NCBI GenBank assembly: GCA_964035545.1
Contig: OZ037766.1
Coordinates: forward strand, 11,584,722-11,648,721
Origin: Bugula neritina
Taxonomy: Eukaryota; Animalia; Bryozoa
Direction: 5' to 3'
DNA: 64,000 bases
The position numbers were made by a program, and so were the translations under genes. The first letter of the stretch is position 1. Each line of letters begins with the position of its first letter. Below, piece after piece: positions 61,701-64,000 of this stretch. The notes under the pieces were generated by a model, which did no database searches, had not been told where the DNA came from, and saw only the letters and a program-made list of their open reading frames with translations.

Positions 61701-63314
61701 AGTAAGCTTTGCTCCATATCAAATATTCAAAAGTACCCTAAAACTAGTTGATTAGCAGTAATTAAAGCCTCACCATCTACGTAAATCAATCCAGGAACAA
61801 AACGCAATTTCTTCTGAGCTCTGACACTTTTGCCCTAGAAAAGACAAGACCCGCAATCATCAAAAGCATAGATGAAAGAGCTATTATTAATTCTCCTCTC
61901 TGGTTTCTATTAAATACTAACTAATGATATGGAACCTTGAGAATTCAGCAACCACAAGCAGGAAGAACAAAATATAAACATTTGGCATTATCCATCTATC
62001 TACCACAACTGTTGTCAAAAATTGGCAATATTCTTGTGCCAGCCATTCACACGAGTTTACAGTATTTTTTCCCTAGATTCACATGAAAATACAACTTGAA
62101 ACACTGACTGTAAACTCACCTCCTTCACCAGATGTAACATTGCCGTAGAGGCCTGGCCCCCGGAGAAGGCTACTAGCACTTTCTCACCATCTCTAATAAT
62201 CTTTGACTTGCCAAAAGCAGATCTAAACTTGTGCGTGCAGTACATAAGGAAACACTCTCTGCATAATGAAGAATGTTCAGTTAAAAATTAATCAAGAAAC
62301 ACTTTTTGGCTCTGTAGTTTATAACCAGACTATGCAAAGCAATAAATTCATTGAAAGGTGAATTACTAGCTATCAGATAGTACCTCATAAAAATTCATGC
62401 AAGTTTGTGGTCACTATCCCTGTGAGAACCCCTGATGAAAAGGGTTTTTGTTAAATCAAGCTAAGGACTTATTCGGATGGGGCACAAGAGCAATTATGAC
62501 TGGATGCTCTTCCTAACATCACCAATGGCCTTTGTCGGGTTTGAGCCGATGACTTCGTGCTTACTAGGCAAACGCTCTAACAACTAGACCACAGCTACTC
62601 ATGGCCTTGGATTTTATAATAGATTTTTATGTTCTTAAAACAGATTAACTGCAAACTATATGGTCTTCTTGAAAATATTTCATAAAACTAGAAATTTTCA
62701 TATAAAATCATTGATTGATGACAGCAACAAATGTTTTGGTAAAATAAACAAATAACAAATAAAAGGTCATGACAAAACTATCAACACATTCTAGGAGTTG
62801 CATGCCCTAACTAAAAAGTAAATCAGCCTCAACTGTAAAAAATATATATTCCATTTGCATTAAATGGTGCTACGTTTCTTTTCTTAAAATCAATGTTAAA
62901 TTTGCTTATATATTTCAGTGAGTTCAGTATAAAAAGTGTCCTACAATAAAAATACGAGAAAACTTACCTGCAAAACGCATCATTAACTCGTATCACAACT
63001 TGCGGGCTCTTGACTTTGCATTTCATACAGATAGTTGCCTTATAACTGCAGAAAAAAAGTTTCCCATTGTTGTTCCTCTTTAAATATAGCATTTGATATA
63101 ATTATAGAATAAAACTAAGTAGCAGGCTTGTCTAACATCTTGAAATGCGAGCAAATGTTTTGTTGTCTATTATTATTGAGAAGACGACTCCAGAACCTAG
63201 GCTAAAAACTATTATCGTGAATGAGAAAATTTTTTATTCAAGTTCTGTATTAGCTTACCTTTCATTATTAATCTTTAAATAAGATAAACCTCCATCTTCA
63301 AGAGACGTGCACAT
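55766..63314 (-). CDS. CTU2: Cytoplasmic tRNA 2-thiolation protein 2, 14 exons, about 430 aa
   Basis: Exons (minus): 63314-63259, 63045-62968, 62258-62120, 61834-61774, 61324-61215, 60679-60540, 59842-59707, 59181-59050, 58628-58537, 57399-57318, 56945-56815 (or -56761), 56172-56106, 55926-55877, and terminal 55784-55766 (alternative 54017-53975). Motifs: CMKCK...FCRECF..YCTHKFR, VLVAFSGGQAS, GDTSSRL, RPMREF, LQAEFPSTVSTIMRTGDKL, CMLC, CYSC. Confidence 0.92.
62394..62600 (-). mobile_element. tRNA-derived SINE, full-length copy in a CTU2 intron
   Basis: Reverse complement aligns end to end with 10848-11060 (GAGTAGCTGTGGTCTAG...TAAGTCCTTAGC...AAACTTGCATGA). Confidence 0.85.
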
Positions 63315-63581
63315 GCTTATAAAATGTCTGAGAATATCTAAAAACACAAATAAAACTATATTAATAATTATAACAAAAAAACTGCTTCTAAAATATAAAT
63401 CAAATTTGAATTGCAAAAAATAATAGCAGTAGACTGTTGGAAGTTATAGGAGTAGTAGACCTAGATTTTCAGTTATACTAATCAAACTGAAAACAAATAC
63501 TTGTTTTGGGTACATTGAAAATTGATAGTAGTAATATTGGCTTTGCACAATTTCAACTAGACTTTTTTTCACATTGTCATA

Positions 63582-64000
63582 GTTGGCACATTCCTAGACA
63601 ACAGTATTGATAAATACGAATAGACAATGACAGGTGAGTGGATTCCTTCTACAAACACAATTTCATGTTGAATCCATGTTGGTAAGTCAATAAACATTAT
63701 GAAAACATGGCCATGTTTGCCTATAAAATACATAACATTGTAAATCATCATATATGTATACTGCTGTAGAACATAGTCAAGTGTCAAACATCTAACTGTT
63801 TTATTTTTAGAAATATCACAGCTTTTACCAAGATTAAAAAGCGAATATTGTCAAAGAAGTTGCATGGTGACATTTTGTGCCAATGACCAAAAAGAATTGC
63901 CAATATTTGCATAAACATTGAGCCATGAGACTATTACTATCTCAAGTTCTTTTTATACCAATGCTGAAATATCTCAAACACGCAGACAATCTGATAATCA
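63582..64000 (+). other. Possible 5' exons of a gene divergent from CTU2 (unidentified)
   Basis: Acceptor near 63581, strong donor CAG|GTGAGT at 63632 and acceptor TTTTAG at 63810. A frame from an ATG at about 63925 stays open to the window end. No recognisable protein. Confidence 0.3.

Overview
AT-rich, intron-dense animal genomic DNA, probably an invertebrate; the taxon cannot be fixed from sequence alone. I assembled six spliced protein-coding genes by hand from GT-AG boundaries with consistent phases: REC114 (+, 2483-3956), OSBPL9/ORP9 (-, 5632-17873), CMC1 (+, 21817-23913), a STAC-like tandem-SH3 adaptor (+, 26144-38034), FoxN1/4 (-, 40903-49033) and CTU2 (-, about 55766-63314). A further + strand gene may start at the right edge. 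Mobile DNA comprises two near-identical TTAA-flanked Kolobok-like elements, three other MITEs, a tRNA-derived SINE family (about 5 copies) and a 5'-truncated CR1/L2-type LINE, plus several mini- and microsatellites. Most ORFs in the supplied track are spurious or are single exons read on into introns. The most unusual observations are: an antisense copy of the OSBPL9 FFAT-exon/splice-donor junction upstream in the same locus; a minisatellite built from the CMC1 splice donor; a STAC-like gene with no visible C1 domain; a stop-free, in-frame, hydrophobic intron right after the FoxN forkhead domain; and an inverted motif pair in the OSBPL9/CMC1 divergent promoter. No CRISPR array, rRNA or true tRNA gene was seen. 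Gene names come from recalled family motifs, not from database searches.
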